A stretch of DNA of 64,000 bases from Octopus sinensis (GCF_006345805.1 NC_043008.1:14322001-14386000); one strand, 5' to 3'. Shown: positions 1-13,438, counted from the stretch's first letter. A program made the numbers and translations. Notes: a model not told the origin generated them from the sequence alone.

Positions 1-205
1 ATGCATATATATACATATATACATATATATATATACATATACATATATATTTACATATATATATACATATATGCATATATATACATATATACATATATAT
101 ATATGCATATATATATATATACATATATATACTTATATATAAATACATATATATAGATATATATATACATATATATATACTATATATATACATATATATA
201 CATAC

Positions 206-242
<37 letters not shown>

Positions 243-262
243 TATAATACATATATATATAC

Positions 263-298
<36 letters not shown>
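1..298. repeat. (TA)n/(TACA) compound microsatellite
   Basis: Continuous TA dinucleotides with CA interruptions. Confidence 0.95.
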
Positions 299-687
299 TG
301 TGCGTATGTGTGTGAGTGAGTGCACATTTGTCCACAATTGTAGCAACGAAAAATATTTTCTTTAGCGCCACCACAAGTTACAGAAAGATGTGAAATCAAT
401 TTATAAAATTGAATTTTTTTAATTTTTTTTTACTATCGCTACAAAGTGTTCTCGTTTTCAGTACTAAGTAGAAAATTTATGCTTTTCTCTCGTTCTTGCA
501 TAAATAATATTTTCTTTAAAAAAAAAATATTCAAGCTTTTATGCCGGCACGAAATTTTTAAGAATCTTTACACTTAGAAATAGTGTCATACTAATGAAAA
601 ATATATGAAGTAAATTTCAAAACGGTACTCTATTCACCTCACATACGGAGTTACTATATTTATCTCTGAATAATGATATAGAAATAC

Positions 688-1071
688 CATATATGTATAT
701 GCATATATGTATGTGGGTGTGTGTAAATATATATGCACACATAAATGTATATATACACATATATATATGTACGCATACATGCATGCACATATGTATGTAT
801 ACACATATATGTATATATATGCATATGTATATATATATATACATATATGTGTATATATATGTATAGATATATATATATATGTATATATATATGTATGTAT
901 ATATATGTATATATATATGTATATGTATATATATATGTATATGTGTATATATATATATGTATATGTATATGTATGTATATGTATATATATATGTATATGT
1001 ATATGTATATATATATATGTATATATATATTATATATATGTATATATATATGTATATATATATATATGTAT

Positions 1072-1123
<52 letters not shown>

Positions 1124-1125
1124 TC

Positions 1126-1175
<50 letters not shown>

Positions 1176-1326
1176 TGTATATATATATATATACAACATA
1201 TATACATACGCACACGCACATACACACATACTCTCATATGTATATATGTACATACATACGTACATACACAGACACACACACACATGCAAACACACACAAA
1301 CATACACACACACACGCATACGTATA
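688..1326. repeat. (TA)n/(TATG)/(CA)n compound microsatellite
   Basis: Low-complexity TA/TG/CA run; source of the Y/I-rich pseudo-ORFs. Confidence 0.95.
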
Positions 1327-1502
1327 TTTATTCTTGATCAGACATACATGGTGTCTAATACTAAAAAGTAAATGATGAAGTCGGTCGGCATTTCTCTGAC
1401 TCTCTGCGCTTTCAGTTCAAATCACAACGGAATTAGCTTCACGTTTTAATCTTTCAAGTTACACAAAACAATTTTCCATTCCATGGTTTAAGGATTGGCG
1501 AA

Positions 1503-1610
1503 ATCGTTAAAGTATGCGAGATCGTTAAAGTATGCGAGATCGTTAAAGTATGCGAGATCGTTAAAGTATGCGAGATCGTTAAAGTATGCGAGATCGTTAA
1601 AGTATGCGAG
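1503..1610 (+). repeat. 18-bp minisatellite, 6 perfect copies
   Basis: ATCGTTAAAGTATGCGAG x6. Confidence 0.97.
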
Positions 1611-2042
1611 ATTTTTCTGTGGGTTGATGATATTCTTAATCAACCGCACTCTTTAAGCCCATCACCACGCTTGCCCTTGCATGCATTCATTCCAGGTCAC
1701 CCTCTCACCTTTCTCAGCGGCCCGAGAATAAGTATTGGGCCGTGGGTGCTACCTCTCTCTTCCTACCATAATGGTAAGAGAATAAGTAATAGACATTTTA
1801 ATTTTGGTGGAGCATGACTAAAATTTCATCAAACGATTCAAACATAATATTTTTGCCTCACATCACATTTCTAAATTCTAATGCATATCAACGGAATAAA
1901 TACAAAAACATTGTTGGGATTATAAAGGGGTCATTTTCTCTTTACCACTCTGTAATACGAACGCAGGAACTGTAGAAGTTGGACATTTTACTCCTCAAAG
2001 AAGTTCCCCTTGTGACCCTGTCCTGTGAACTTCACTATTGAT

Positions 2043-2221
2043 TTCAAATTTTGAGACGAAGCCAGCAAGGTCAGAGGAGGGAGTAAGTCAGTTACATTCG
2101 CTCCATTACTTGACTGGTACTTTATTTATCGACCCCGAAATGCAAAGTCGACTTCAGCCGAATTTCAACTCAGAGCGTTTGTTTAGCCCGGCGTGCTAAC
2201 GATTCTACTAGCTCACCGTCT
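2043..2221 (-). mobile_element. SINE family A (tRNA-derived), diverged copy
   Basis: Reverse complement of head GGCGAGCTGGCAGAATCGTTAGCAC, B-box GAGTTCAAAT and core GGGGTCGATAAA..AGTACCAG. Confidence 0.8.
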
Positions 2222-2591
2222 TCCTGTTAACTGCAATATTGAATCATGATTGTCTACGCCGACCTTCATCAGCACACGAATTCCGGTTTTCCAGTTATTT
2301 TCTGATCAACAAATATAGTGAGAGACTGGACAATTTTCAGCTTAAATTTTTTAGCAATCACTATAGCTGCTACTGTCATCATAAATTCGTTAGATTTAGT
2401 TCTGTTTGAACCTCCAAGTCAATTTTGACCGAGCAGTTCCGATAAAAAAAAATGGCATTCTGTGGCTACTACGACGAGGGTTCCAGTAGATCCGATCGTG
2501 AAATTAACGTGCAAGTGGCTGAGTACCCCACACACATGCCTACCCTTGACATAGTTTTCAGGGAGATTCAGCATGACACAAAATGAGTCAA

Positions 2592-2634
<43 letters not shown>

Positions 2635-2727
2635 AATATATGCGTATATATATATAGTATTTATATTATTATTATTATTATTATCATCATCATCATCATT
2701 ACGCACATACAGAGGGGGAGAGAGAGA

Positions 2728-3132
2728 GAGTGGCTGTGTGATAAGTAGCTTGCTTACCAACCACATGGTTCCGGGTTCAGTCCCACTGCGTGGCATCTTG
2801 GGCAAGGGTCTTCTGCTATAGCCCCGGGCCGACCAATGCCTTGTGAGTGGATTTGGTAGACGGAAACTGAAAGAAGCCTGTCGTATATATGTAAATATAT
2901 ATATATATATGTATGTGTGTGTATATGTTTGTGTGTGTGTTTGTCGCCCTAGCATTGCTTGACAACCGATGCTGGTGTGTTTACGTCCCCGTCACTTAGC
3001 GGTTCGGCAAAAGAGACCGATAGAATAAGTACTGGGCTTACAAAGAATAAGTCCCGGGATCGATTTGCTCGACTAAAGGCGGTACTCCAGCATGGCCGCA
3101 GTCAAATGACTGAAACAAGTAAAAGAGTAAAA
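2728..3132 (+). mobile_element. SINE family B (tRNA head plus CORE-like domain), near full length
   Basis: TGGCTGTGTG.TAAG A-box, GGTTCAGTCCC B-box, CTTGGGCAAG CORE-like motif, internal TA/TG tract, 3' GCATGGCCGCAGTCAAATGACTGAAACAAG; many copies in window. Confidence 0.85.
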
Positions 3133-3133
3133 G

Positions 3134-3205
<72 letters not shown>

Positions 3206-3799
3206 TGCATACATATATACGTACTTATATACAGATATTTATACACAAACACACACACACATACATATATATATATACATACATACTACATACATAAATG
3301 CGTGTTTATTTGGAGTATTTGTATCATGATTCTAGAAAGCATTACTTTATTGTTTCTCAGTAAATTTCCAAGAATTGTTTTTTTTTAAATGTTGTGACAT
3401 ATGGAGTAGAAAAGTCCATTAATTATGGAATGTTTGCGGAAATTTGATAGCAAAGTTTCTGTCCGGATTGGATTTCATTCTCAATTTAGAGGGTTGCTGA
3501 TATAAGGACAGCTACCCCCATCAATAATGCTTTATAATCCATTTTGCTTTATAATTATTGACCCTACGGGGATTCAGAAGCAATATTTTCCTGTTTTTTG
3601 TTAGTTTGTGTCTTTCTTTTCTTGGTAAGGGGTTCCTTATTTTTCTTTTTTGTCTTTTTTAAATCTTTTTTTTTTTCGTTTATGTTTATATTTTGTTGTA
3701 GTTGTAATTGTTGTTGTTGGTGATGGTTTTTTGTTGTTGTTGTTGTCCTGTTCTTTCGTTCCATGTATGTTTCATTTATTTCCTTTTATAATTGATATG

Positions 3800-3830
<31 letters not shown>

Positions 3831-4294
3831 CGAACAAAAAATAATGAAACCGAACAAGCGTCTGTATCTGTTTGTGTCTATATGTTACGCATGTGTTTGT
3901 ATGTGTGTGGGTACCCGCGGCGCACTGTGAGTTGTTGTTATGCTAAACGGAATCAATATTATTCCTATCAATTAAATAGTCAAGTTGGATGCGTGTGAAA
4001 ATCTGAGTCAACAACCTTTTATTCAGTTCCTATGAGGATCTTGTTTACATAATCTTATTTCTGCCCCGCTACAATCCTTACGAATCGTACCAAATGTCTC
4101 GAATTCTTATTTTATTTTCACAGCAATAAATCTGAAAAGGAAAACAGAGATAGAAATTGTCCCGAGGAATCTGAAAATTGCTAATTGTTCTTAACGAGGC
4201 CACTAGAAATAAGCTTGATAGAGATCTCTATGCATAGGTGATAATCGTCAGAACACCTTAGCTGACTTAAACCACAACACCTGGAGATACGATA

Positions 4295-4480
4295 CTGGTG
4301 TCAAATTTTGGCACAAGGAAGGCCAGCAATTCTAGGGGACAGGTAAGTCGGTTACATAGAGCCCGGAAGGATGAAAGGCAAAGCCACCCTCGGCGGAATT
4401 TGAACTCAGAACGTGAAGAGGGACGAATTGCTGCTAAGCATTTTGTTCGGTGTGTTTACGGTTCTGCTAGTTCACCGCTT
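4295..4480 (-). mobile_element. SINE family A, diverged copy
   Basis: GGATGAAAGGCAAAG..CTCGGCGGAATTTGAACTCAGAACG. Confidence 0.8.
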
Positions 4481-4499
4481 TCACTCGCAGTGTAGGTAT

Positions 4500-4965
4500 T
4501 GGTTTCAAAATTCGGCATAAGGCCAGAAATTTCGGGGTGTGTGTAGGTTGATAATATCGACCCCAGTATTCAACTGGTACTTTATTTTATAGGGCGGCGA
4601 GCTGGCAGAATCGGTAGCACGCCCGGCGAAATGCGTGGCCGTATTTCGTCTGCCGTTACGTTCTGAGTTCAAATTCCGCCGAGGTCGACTTTGCCTTTCA
4701 TCCTTTCGGGGTCGATTAAATAAGTACCAGTTACGCACTGGGGTCGATATAATCGACTTAATACCGATGTCTGTTCTTGTTCGTCTCCCTCCCTCTATGT
4801 TTAGCCTATTGTGGGTAATAAAGAAATAGGTACTTATTTTATCGACCCGGAAAGAATGAAAGGCGAAATAGAACTTGGCGGAATTTGAGGTCAGAACGTA
4901 AATACGGAGGAAATGTCGCCAGGTATTTTGCCCGGCGCTCTGACGATTCTGCCAGCTCACCGCCT
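4500..4965. mobile_element. Nested family A SINEs: young + strand copy (4591-4828) inside an older - strand copy
   Basis: Target duplication GGTACT(T)TATTTTAT at 4576-4590 and 4829-4842; host SINE resumes collinearly. Confidence 0.88.
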
Positions 4966-5195
4966 TACACCACTTTGGAACATTGTTCAACAGAAAAATC
5001 AGAAAGCTTTTGTTTTTATATAACGAATGAATTTGGTCGGCGTAAATAAGCCCGTCATATTCGTGTGTGTGTGGTGTGTGTGTGTGTATATGTATGTATG
5101 TATGTGTATGTCTGTCTCTTTAATATATATAGCCTAGTATGCTAACAAGTATACCGATATCATCTCTCTCTCTTTCTCTATCTCTCTCTTTCTCC

Positions 5196-5227
<32 letters not shown>

Positions 5228-5353
5228 TTTCTAAACAATTCTATTTTAAAGCCAGATAACGTATATAGTAGTTATCTGTCCACCACATTGGTTTAACAAA
5301 TGCGGTTAGCACTATGCTTCACTGAAGAGGTGATAATATACCGAAACACAAAG

Positions 5354-5437
5354 ACGGCGAGCTGGCAGAAACGTTAGCACGGCGGCCGAAATGCTTAGCG
5401 GTATTTCGTCTGTCGCTACGTACTAAGATCAAATTCT
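5354..5437 (+). mobile_element. SINE family A 5' fragment
   Basis: GGCGAGCTGGCAGAAACGTTAGCAC...GGTATTTCGTCTG. Confidence 0.8.
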
Positions 5438-5442
5438 AATGC

Positions 5443-5723
5443 TTGTTTTGTTTTGTTTGTTCCTTCTCGAGCAATACCTGGCTCATAAGGGCCGGTTCCC
5501 CGGTTTCCTTGGCGTATAAGTTCTCCACCTGGACGGGACGCCGGTCCGTCGCAGGTGAGCTGCAAGATGCAGGAGGAAAGAGTAAGGCGAAAGAGTCAGC
5601 AGAGGTATCACCATTACCTTCTTTCGGCGCTCATAAACACACACATCGCCCGGTCTGAGATTCGAACCCGCGAACCCTCGACCGTCAGTCTGCTGCTCTA
5701 ACCACTAGGCCACGTGCCTCCAC
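5443..5723 (-). mobile_element. SINE family D (tRNA-derived)
   Basis: Minus strand GTGGAGGCACGTGGCCTAGTGGTTAGAGC...GGGTTCGAATCTC (A/B boxes), (AAAC)n-like tail; head shared with the 37478 copy. Confidence 0.8.
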
Positions 5724-6175
5724 TTTTTAATGTTACCAGATTAAAATGTTAACAAAACTTAACTCTTGCCCTACATGCAGATGACGTCTCTAGGTAATTA
5801 TGTAATACTAACTTTGCAGCTGTGAAGTAGCTTTAGCTATTACCTTTTCTTGTTAAGCAAGTTAGATAATTAGTATGCTTTAATTGAAATGCTAATTAAT
5901 AGAATAATTTGCTATACAAATTTGAGTTATTAATATTGAGCTACACTAACTGTTAAATATTGTATCATTTAGCCCGGATTAACCTTCAGCGATCAGACTC
6001 ATAATAGGTGTTCAATCTGTCACCATGAAAAATTTGTCTACAATTGTATTATACAATGTGATTTTCTCATCCACGTTAAGACGGTACAGTGTGAATTAGG
6101 GAAGGTTTGGTGCCTATTTCTAACAAGTCGACCTACCTCCAAGACGTTCTCTTGTTGGCCTGTGTAGTAATTATA

Positions 6176-6408
6176 TATTTCTTTACTACCCACAAGGGGC
6201 TAAACACAGAGGGGACAAACAAGGACAGACAAACGGATTAAGTTGATTATATCAGCTCCAGTGCGCAACTGGTACTTATTTAATCGACCCCGAAAGGATG
6301 AAAGGCAAAGTCGACCTCGGCAGAATTTGAACTCAGAACGTAACGGCAGACAAAATACGGCTACGCATTTCGCCCGGCGTGCTAACGATTCTGCCAGCTC
6401 ACCGCCTT
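6176..6408 (-). mobile_element. SINE family A, full length with 16-bp TSD
   Basis: TSD CTGTGTAGTAATTATA at 6160-6175 and 6409-6424. Confidence 0.92.
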
Positions 6409-6821
6409 CTGTGTAGTAATTATAATTGATTACGTTGATCTATCTTGACTGCCGAAAATATCCAGTTGACGGAATGTGACTGAATGATTTAAGAAGTTTG
6501 CCTGGCAATCACAAGACCATATGTTCGATCCCACTGTGCCCAAAGCTTATGCCACCCGAAACACATCAAAAGAAATATTCCCTTTAATTTAGCGAAAATG
6601 ATTTGCACAGTACTGTCTGATGGAAATACTCGGGACCTCCGTCTTCGAGACCAATCATTCGGCTACGACCATCTTTGGTCACCATCTCGTAAAGTATTGT
6701 CCAGTTACATCTATATTATTCCTGGGAGATTCTCACAACGTAGACGCATGTATTATGCACAGTAGATTCACTGGGGTGCGCTGATATACATACATACAAC
6801 ATTTATTCCAAGCAATAATAA

Positions 6822-7305
6822 TGGTTACAAATTTTACGCAAGGCCAGCAATTATGCGGGAGCATGAAAGTCGGTTACATTGACCCCAGTTTTCAACTTGT
6901 ACTTATTTTATCAACCCCGAAAGGATAAAAAGCAAAGCTGACCTAAGTGGATCTTGAACTGAGAACGTCAAGACGGATGAGACGCTGCCAAGCATTTTGC
7001 CCGACGCGCTAATAACTCTGCCAGCTCGCCACTTCATTCCACTAGTTAATAACAAATAACAATGTTTATATTTATATTACTTTACTACTCGCGAGGGGCT
7101 AAACACAGAGAGGACAAACAAGGACAGACAAACGGATTAAGTTGATTATATCAGCTCCAGTGCGCAACTGGTACTTATTTAATCGACCCCCGAAAGGATG
7201 AAAGGCAAAGTCGACCTCGGCAGAATTTGAACTCAGAACGTAACGGCAGACGAAATACCGCTAAGCATTTCGCCCGGCGTGCTAACGATTCTGCCATCTC
7301 GCCAC
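6822..7305 (-). mobile_element. Two tandem family A SINEs
   Basis: Older copy 6822-7033 and younger copy 7079-7305; flank duplicated at 7028-7078 and 7301-7351. Confidence 0.85.
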
Positions 7306-7608
7306 TTCATTCCAAGAGTTAATAACAAATAACAATGTTTATATTTATATTCCATTAACAATTTTTCCAGAACACAGAAGAAGAATGTCACACCAAGACG
7401 CAGCATTAACATTCTATTCTTATTATTTAATGCTTTGTTAATTATTTAGTGTTTTGTTTCTTACATGACACTTTTTCTTCAACGTAATTTATTTTAAAAA
7501 TTCTCAATGTACTATTATATAGCATACATGCAGACACAATGGGTGTTTTGTATTATTCTCAACATGGTGTTAGATTTTTATTCCTCTAATTTGTTTTTAC
7601 ATTTTCAG

Positions 7609-7660
7609 ATAATTTTTGATTAATTAGAACATTGCAATCACAAATATTAAAACGTACATG
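7609..7660 (+). other. Candidate non-coding (5'UTR) exon ending in ATG
   Basis: Branch-like CTCTAAT, TTGTTTTTACATTTTCAG acceptor, ATG|GTGAGC donor; stops in all three frames. Confidence 0.35.
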
Positions 7661-7975
7661 GTGAGCAATTACATACAGGAAAAACATTGTTTATATTTCA
7701 TTTATTCTGGTAGTTTTTCTGGGCTTTTTTTTTTCAAGATTCACAGAGCGACATCTATGTGTGTTGTGTGTATATCTGTATAGAGTATATGCCGTTCGTG
7801 TCTATATATGTCTGTAGACACGAACGCCATGTGTGTATGTATATGTGAGTGTGTGTCCTGGGTATGATTTTAAACTGCATCCCATAGTGGAGCTCTGGTT
7901 CGAGAGCTTCTGAGATTTGCCACTATTTTTCCCAAGACTATTGTCACATGGAGTAGTAACAGCGGTCAGGGTAAT

Positions 7976-8025
7976 GTGATGACAAACCGTCTAAGCGTGG
8001 GGTGGCTTAGACGGTTTGTCATCAC
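7976..8025. repeat. Perfect 21-bp inverted repeat with 8-nt loop
   Basis: GTGATGACAAACCGTCTAAGC-gtggggtg-GCTTAGACGGTTTGTCATCAC. Confidence 0.95.
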
Positions 8026-8117
8026 CGTGTCAAGGCAAGCAGTAAAAACTGCCGGGAGAGAAAAAAACATGCGGTTTCCCGTGGATAATGTTCATCCCGA
8101 TTTGTTAATATCATTAA

Positions 8118-8315
8118 GACGGTGTGCTGAAAAGTTCCTGGCTTTGGGTTAAAGAAAATACAGGAGGATCTATTAACTATGATTTTATTCAACATATTCC
8201 CATCTCAGATTCACAGTGTTATTACCACGGTCCTTCAGTTATTCTAAGCCCTGTAAAAGAACAACCCAACCTTTCGCGATTCCTTTAAGGCCAGGAACAT
8301 TTCGGCACCCTTCGT
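8118..8315. mobile_element. Mariner-type MITE
   Basis: Imperfect TIRs GTGCTGAAAAGTTCCTGGCTTT ... TAAGGCCAGGAACATTTCGGCAC. Confidence 0.65.
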
Positions 8316-8662
8316 GAGCATTAACGGTAAACACGCAGAGAGTGGAACCTGTGTTCAGCAGTGCTTGCCTCAATAATCCAGTGATGTTCAGATTACTCTT
8401 CATGGTAACCATATTCCTCATTCTATCAGTCTATCTAGAGAAAGTCTTATGACAACAGAGTGCTTGAAAGCGCACTTATGCCCCGAATAAAGCAGATCTA
8501 CAACGGGACTGAATAGCAATGCAAGAGATCATTGAGTGAAAGTCAGAAATATTATTGACTACGAAGCACAAGAAGTCGCCAATCATTTGCGAAGAGAGTG
8601 CAATGTGCAATCACCATATATATATGTGTGTATGTGTGTGTGTGTGTGAGTGTGTGTGTATA

Positions 8663-8995
8663 CAGGCGCATGGCTCAGTGATTAGAGTGTCGGGCTTACA
8701 AACGTGAGGTTGTGAGTTCGAATCCCGGACCGGGCTGCGTGTTGTGTTCTTGAGCAAGACACTTTATTTCACGTTGCTCCAGTTCCCTCAGCTGTAGAAA
8801 TGAGTTGCGACGTCACAGGTGCCAAGCTGTATTGGCATCTTTGCCTTTCCCTTGGATAACACTGGTGGCGTAGAGAGGGGGGTCCGTTATGCATGGGCGA
8901 CTGCTGGTCTTCCATTAACAACCTTCCTCGGACTTGTACCCGGGAGGGTAACTTTCTAGGTGCAATCCCATGGTCAGTCATGACCGAAGGGGGGG
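8663..8995 (+). mobile_element. SINE family C (tRNA-derived)
   Basis: GGCGCATGGCTCAGTG A-box, GAGTTCGAATCCC B-box, GTGTTCTTGAGCAAGACACTT central motif; collinear with 31470-31797. Confidence 0.88.
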
Positions 8996-9033
8996 CTCCG
9001 CATATATACATACATACATAAATACATACATAC

Positions 9034-9072
<39 letters not shown>

Positions 9073-9806
9073 CGTACATGTTTTCTCTCTCTATATATAT
9101 ATTATATACATATATATATAGATATATATATATACATATATATTACACGCATAAGAATATGTAAGAAAATATATGTATTACACACACATATGTATGTGTG
9201 TATGTATGTATGTATGTATGCATGCATGTATGTATACAATCCCCTCCATGTATACATCTGCGTGGCAAACAAATCCAAACAAGAGAACCGTAAAAATAAA
9301 ACATCGGAATGCCGTATTAAGCATCGATTACAATGCAGCTGCCAACGTAGCTGTCGATTTGGTTCATCATTAAATGATGTTTAATATTATTAGTCGATGA
9401 TCCGATGAAACCCTGAAGCGAACAGTTGTATTGAAGCCAACAGTTAATCGCGCACCGCTGGAAAAAGGATATCGAATTGTATGGTCGTTAGAATGTATAG
9501 TAAAATTTACCACTGATCTATAACAACCGAGTTCAAATCCTGCCGACATCAGTTTTATTTCCTATTCTTTTATGTCAATAATTGAAGCTCTAATTATGAG
9601 TCTTACGCTGCGTAGAGTATGAGGGTACCGAAAGAGTGTGAATTCTAACCTCATAGCAAAACTATGGTCCGTAGTGATATTACACCCTCCACCATTACAG
9701 AATATGAAATTACCATTCAGATTAATGTAAAATTGTTTTTTTATAACTATATCACTGAATAAAAAAGCAAACAGTCATAGAAAGATAGATAGATACCACA
9801 TATACA

Positions 9807-9862
<56 letters not shown>

Positions 9863-9934
9863 ATATATATATATCTATATATATATATATATATACTTAT
9901 ATATGTATATTGGTATCTATGTACATATATGACA

Positions 9935-9970
<36 letters not shown>

Positions 9971-10214
9971 TATATATATATATATATGAATTAGAGATAA
10001 AACCACTATTAGGCAACTCAAACAGTGATAGACATAAACCAATACATAAATAACAAATAATATAAAAATATAATTAATATAATATATATATATATGTAAG
10101 GTAAGTGTAGGTGCACGATTTGCAGTCATGTGTGTATATATGTGTATGAGTATGCGTGTGTGTGTGATGTGCGTGTGCGCAGCGCGTATATGAGTATGTA
10201 TTCGACTATGTATG

Positions 10215-10415
10215 TGCATGTTTGTCCCCCGCCACCTCTTAACAACCGGTGTTTGTGTGTTTACGTCTACGTATCTAGCAGTTCGGCAAAAACAGAACGA
10301 TACGGTAAGTACCAGACCAAAACAAGAAAAAAGAATAACAATTACTGGGGTCGATTCGTTCGTCTAAAAATTCTTCAAGGATATGCCCCAGCATGGCCGC
10401 AGTCCAATGAACGAA
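10215..10415 (+). mobile_element. SINE family B 3' half
   Basis: TTTACGTC...GTTCGGCAAAA...GGGGTCGAT...CCAGCATGGCCGCAGTC. Confidence 0.75.
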
Positions 10416-10664
10416 ACTAGTATAAGTTAATAAGCAAACAGTTACTTGTGTCTGCATTGTGTAGTTCACAGCAGGATCGTGGTGTGCAGTGACAATTTTC
10501 TGAGAATTTATGGCGAATGAATAAAAAATGTCTTACGTAAGAAAAGGTACGAGATATTGAATCAGAAGAAATTCTTGGCGTTATGTGTTGTGTGTCTTGG
10601 AAAATTGTTGGTGAAATTAATATATCGTTGTGTTCTGGCACGAAAGAATAAGCAAGTACGATGA

Positions 10665-11690
10665 TATGTGCGCCTCTGTGTGTGTGATTGTGTGTGTGTG
10701 TGTGTGAGTGAGTGTGTATGTGTGTGTGTGTGTGAGTGTGTGTCTTTGTGTCTGTGTGAAAGAGAGTATGTTTCTATGTGTGTACGTGTGTGTGTCTGTG
10801 TGAAAGAGTATGTTTTTTCCGTGTGTGTGTATGTCTACATGTCTGTGTGGTACAATATGTTTGTGTGTGTGTGTGTGACTATATGTCTGTGTGAGAAAGT
10901 ATGTTTCTGTGTGTGTATGTGTGCGTAAGTGTGTGTCTGTGTCAGAGAGTATGTTTCTGTGTGTGCATGTGTGTGCGTATGTGTGTCTCTCTGTATGTCT
11001 ATGTGAAAGAGTGTTTTTCCGTGTGTGTATATCTACATGTCTGTGTGAGAGAATATGTGTGTGTGTGTGTCTATATGTCTGTGTGAGAGAATATGTATGT
11101 GTATGTGTGTGTCTATATGTCTGTGTGAGAGAGTATGTTTCTGTGTGTATGTGTGTGTGCGTGTGTGTGTATATGTCTATATGTCTGTTTCAGAGAGTAT
11201 GTTTCTGTATATGCATGTCTTCGTGTGTGTGTGTATGTGTGTGTCTGTTTGTCTGTTTGTGTGTGTGAAAGAGTATGTTTTTGCATGTGTGTATGTCTAC
11301 ATGTCTGTGTGAGAGAATATGTTTCTGTGTGTATGTGTGTGTGCGTGTGAAAGTGTCAATAAGTCTGTGAGAGAGTATGTCTCTGTGTGTGTCTCCTTGC
11401 GTGTGTGAGTTCGTGTGCTTGTTGGTATGTGTGCGTTTATGCTTATGTGTGTGTGTGTGTGTGTGTGTGCATGTGAGTGAATATGCGTAACATTGTGTGA
11501 CTGTGTGTGTAAAGGTCTGCTCGTTCGTCTATGTGTATACATGAGAAAGAATGTGTGATTTTTGCGTGAGTCTGCGTATGTGTGTGTTTCTGTGTGTGTC
11601 TGAGTTTCTCTGCGTGTCAATGAGTGTGTGTGTGTGTCTGCGAGTGTGTCTGTGTGTGTGTTTGTATGTGTATGTATATATGTACGCTTT
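10665..11690. repeat. Degenerate TG-rich minisatellite
   Basis: Recurring GAGAG/GAAAG-AGTATGTTTCTGTGTG...GTCTATATGTCTGTGT units of about 35-50 bp in (TG)n. Confidence 0.85.
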
Positions 11691-11977
11691 TTTTTAAAAT
11701 ATGTGCTTAAGAGAGAAATATGCTTTTGTCTATGTGCGTGAGTCAATTTCTTTTGCATTATTTTTTTCTTTTCCCATTCTCTTTCAATTCGTCTTGAGTT
11801 ATTACATTGCGATTTGTTTACATATACAGATATTTCTTACAATTTACTGTTGGTACCTGTTTGTTTTGAATTACATGAAACAGCTGGACAGTTGATTGTC
11901 GTAATGTGTATGGACGTATGTATTAATTCATAGTATATGTATACGCGTATGCATGTAGGAATATATGTGTTTGTGTA

Positions 11978-12019
<42 letters not shown>

Positions 12020-12258
12020 TCAGTAAAATTGATAGGTACATAGGTATGTTTGTAGGCATATATATATATATATGCACTGTTGTGTCTGGTAAAAGTCATT
12101 TTATTTTTTTGTCTTATAATTTAACACACTCACCGGTAAAATTTCCACTTATTTCTTATTATACATATATATATGTATATATATATATATATATATATGT
12201 ATATAAACGTATATAAATATATACATATATATATATCTGTGTATATATACACACACAT

Positions 12259-12300
<42 letters not shown>

Positions 12301-12717
12301 CTGTATATATATATATATACATATATATATACACATATATATATAAACACACACACACACACATATATAAATATATATATATATATATATGTGCTGAAGT
12401 GAAGACAGTATGTTCTTCGTCTATCTCCTCACCTTCTTGGAGGTTTTAGGTAAGATTATACTAATGTGTCCATCTGTTTTAATTTAATTTAATTCTATGT
12501 ATTTATGCAGCTGATGATTGCTCTGCATTTAAATTGATGTAATGCTTGCATTGTTCAATTAAATGGAGTCGCTTGAAACGATCGTACTGCATTACCTCTG
12601 GATATCCTGTTGCTTATTTTCATTCTAATCATCTTATTTTGAAATTGTATGGATAATTTCGTACTAATTCTGGTACCTCAACTTAAGTACCTGATTCATC
12701 TGAATCTAAATTTTACT

Positions 12718-12782
<65 letters not shown>

Positions 12783-12788
<6 letters not shown>

Positions 12789-12995
12789 ATCCAAACATGA
12801 AAACACAAAGAGAAAACACAACAACACGAGGACGTGGAACAAGTATAGTATAACTGGATGCTCAGGAAAGAAGGAAAGAAGGAGGGTTTAACGTTTCGAG
12901 CGGAGCTCTTCGTCAGAAACATAGGAAAAGGAAAGATCCAAAGAAGGGAAGACGGAGGAAAAAAAATCGCCAAGGGTACACACGCGGTCACACAT
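12783..12995 (-). mobile_element. Short HHR-bearing repeat, probable Penelope-like pLTR fragment
   Basis: Second copy at 46035-46240 (+); both end against (TA)n. Confidence 0.7.
12886..12920 (-). ncRNA. Minimal type I hammerhead ribozyme motif
   Basis: guuu CUGACGA a gagc-ucc-gcuc GAAA CG UU aaac: core boxes, stem I, stem II, palindromic ACGU stem III. Confidence 0.7.
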
Positions 12996-13395
12996 TAACG
13001 TTGACAGATGGTGTACCGCAACGGGAAGAAGGTAAGTTTTCGGATCACGTGTCGCCCCATCGTAAAACCCCTCCAATGCTCCCAGGTGTAACGAATATCT
13101 CGTTGTATCATTCATTACTACAATTGAAATATTTTTTCAAACTTTTTCATCCACACACAATACTTTCCAGCAACTACTTCGCTAAAAAGACGTCAATAAC
13201 ATGTACTAACTTCACCAGATTATTCGAAAATCTCAGTCTAGCAAAATCTACAACAAAGATGGACGCTGATTATTCTCATCGGCTTTAGACTAACAAAGTT
13301 GAAGCAAAAATTTAATCTTCTTGTCTCCTTTTGTGTTTGTGCATTATACACACACACACACTTATGTATATATGTATATGTGTGTATATATAGAT

Positions 13396-13438
<43 letters not shown>

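Noticed and set aside
1503-1610. Regular repeat resembling a CRISPR array
   Set aside because: No spacers, no cas genes, eukaryotic context.
8663-8735. tRNA-like sequences (also 5650-5723, 22030-22096, 31470-31540, 37478-37540)
   Set aside because: A/B boxes are present but acceptor stems are poor and each continues into a repeat body; these are SINE heads, not tRNA genes.
9398-9432. CCGATGA...GAACAGTTGTA HHR-like string
   Set aside because: No stem II and an incomplete GAAA box.
12410-12542. Spliced mini-[26 protein letters not shown] resembling a signal peptide
   Set aside because: Only 23 aa, directly after a TA array, no independent support.
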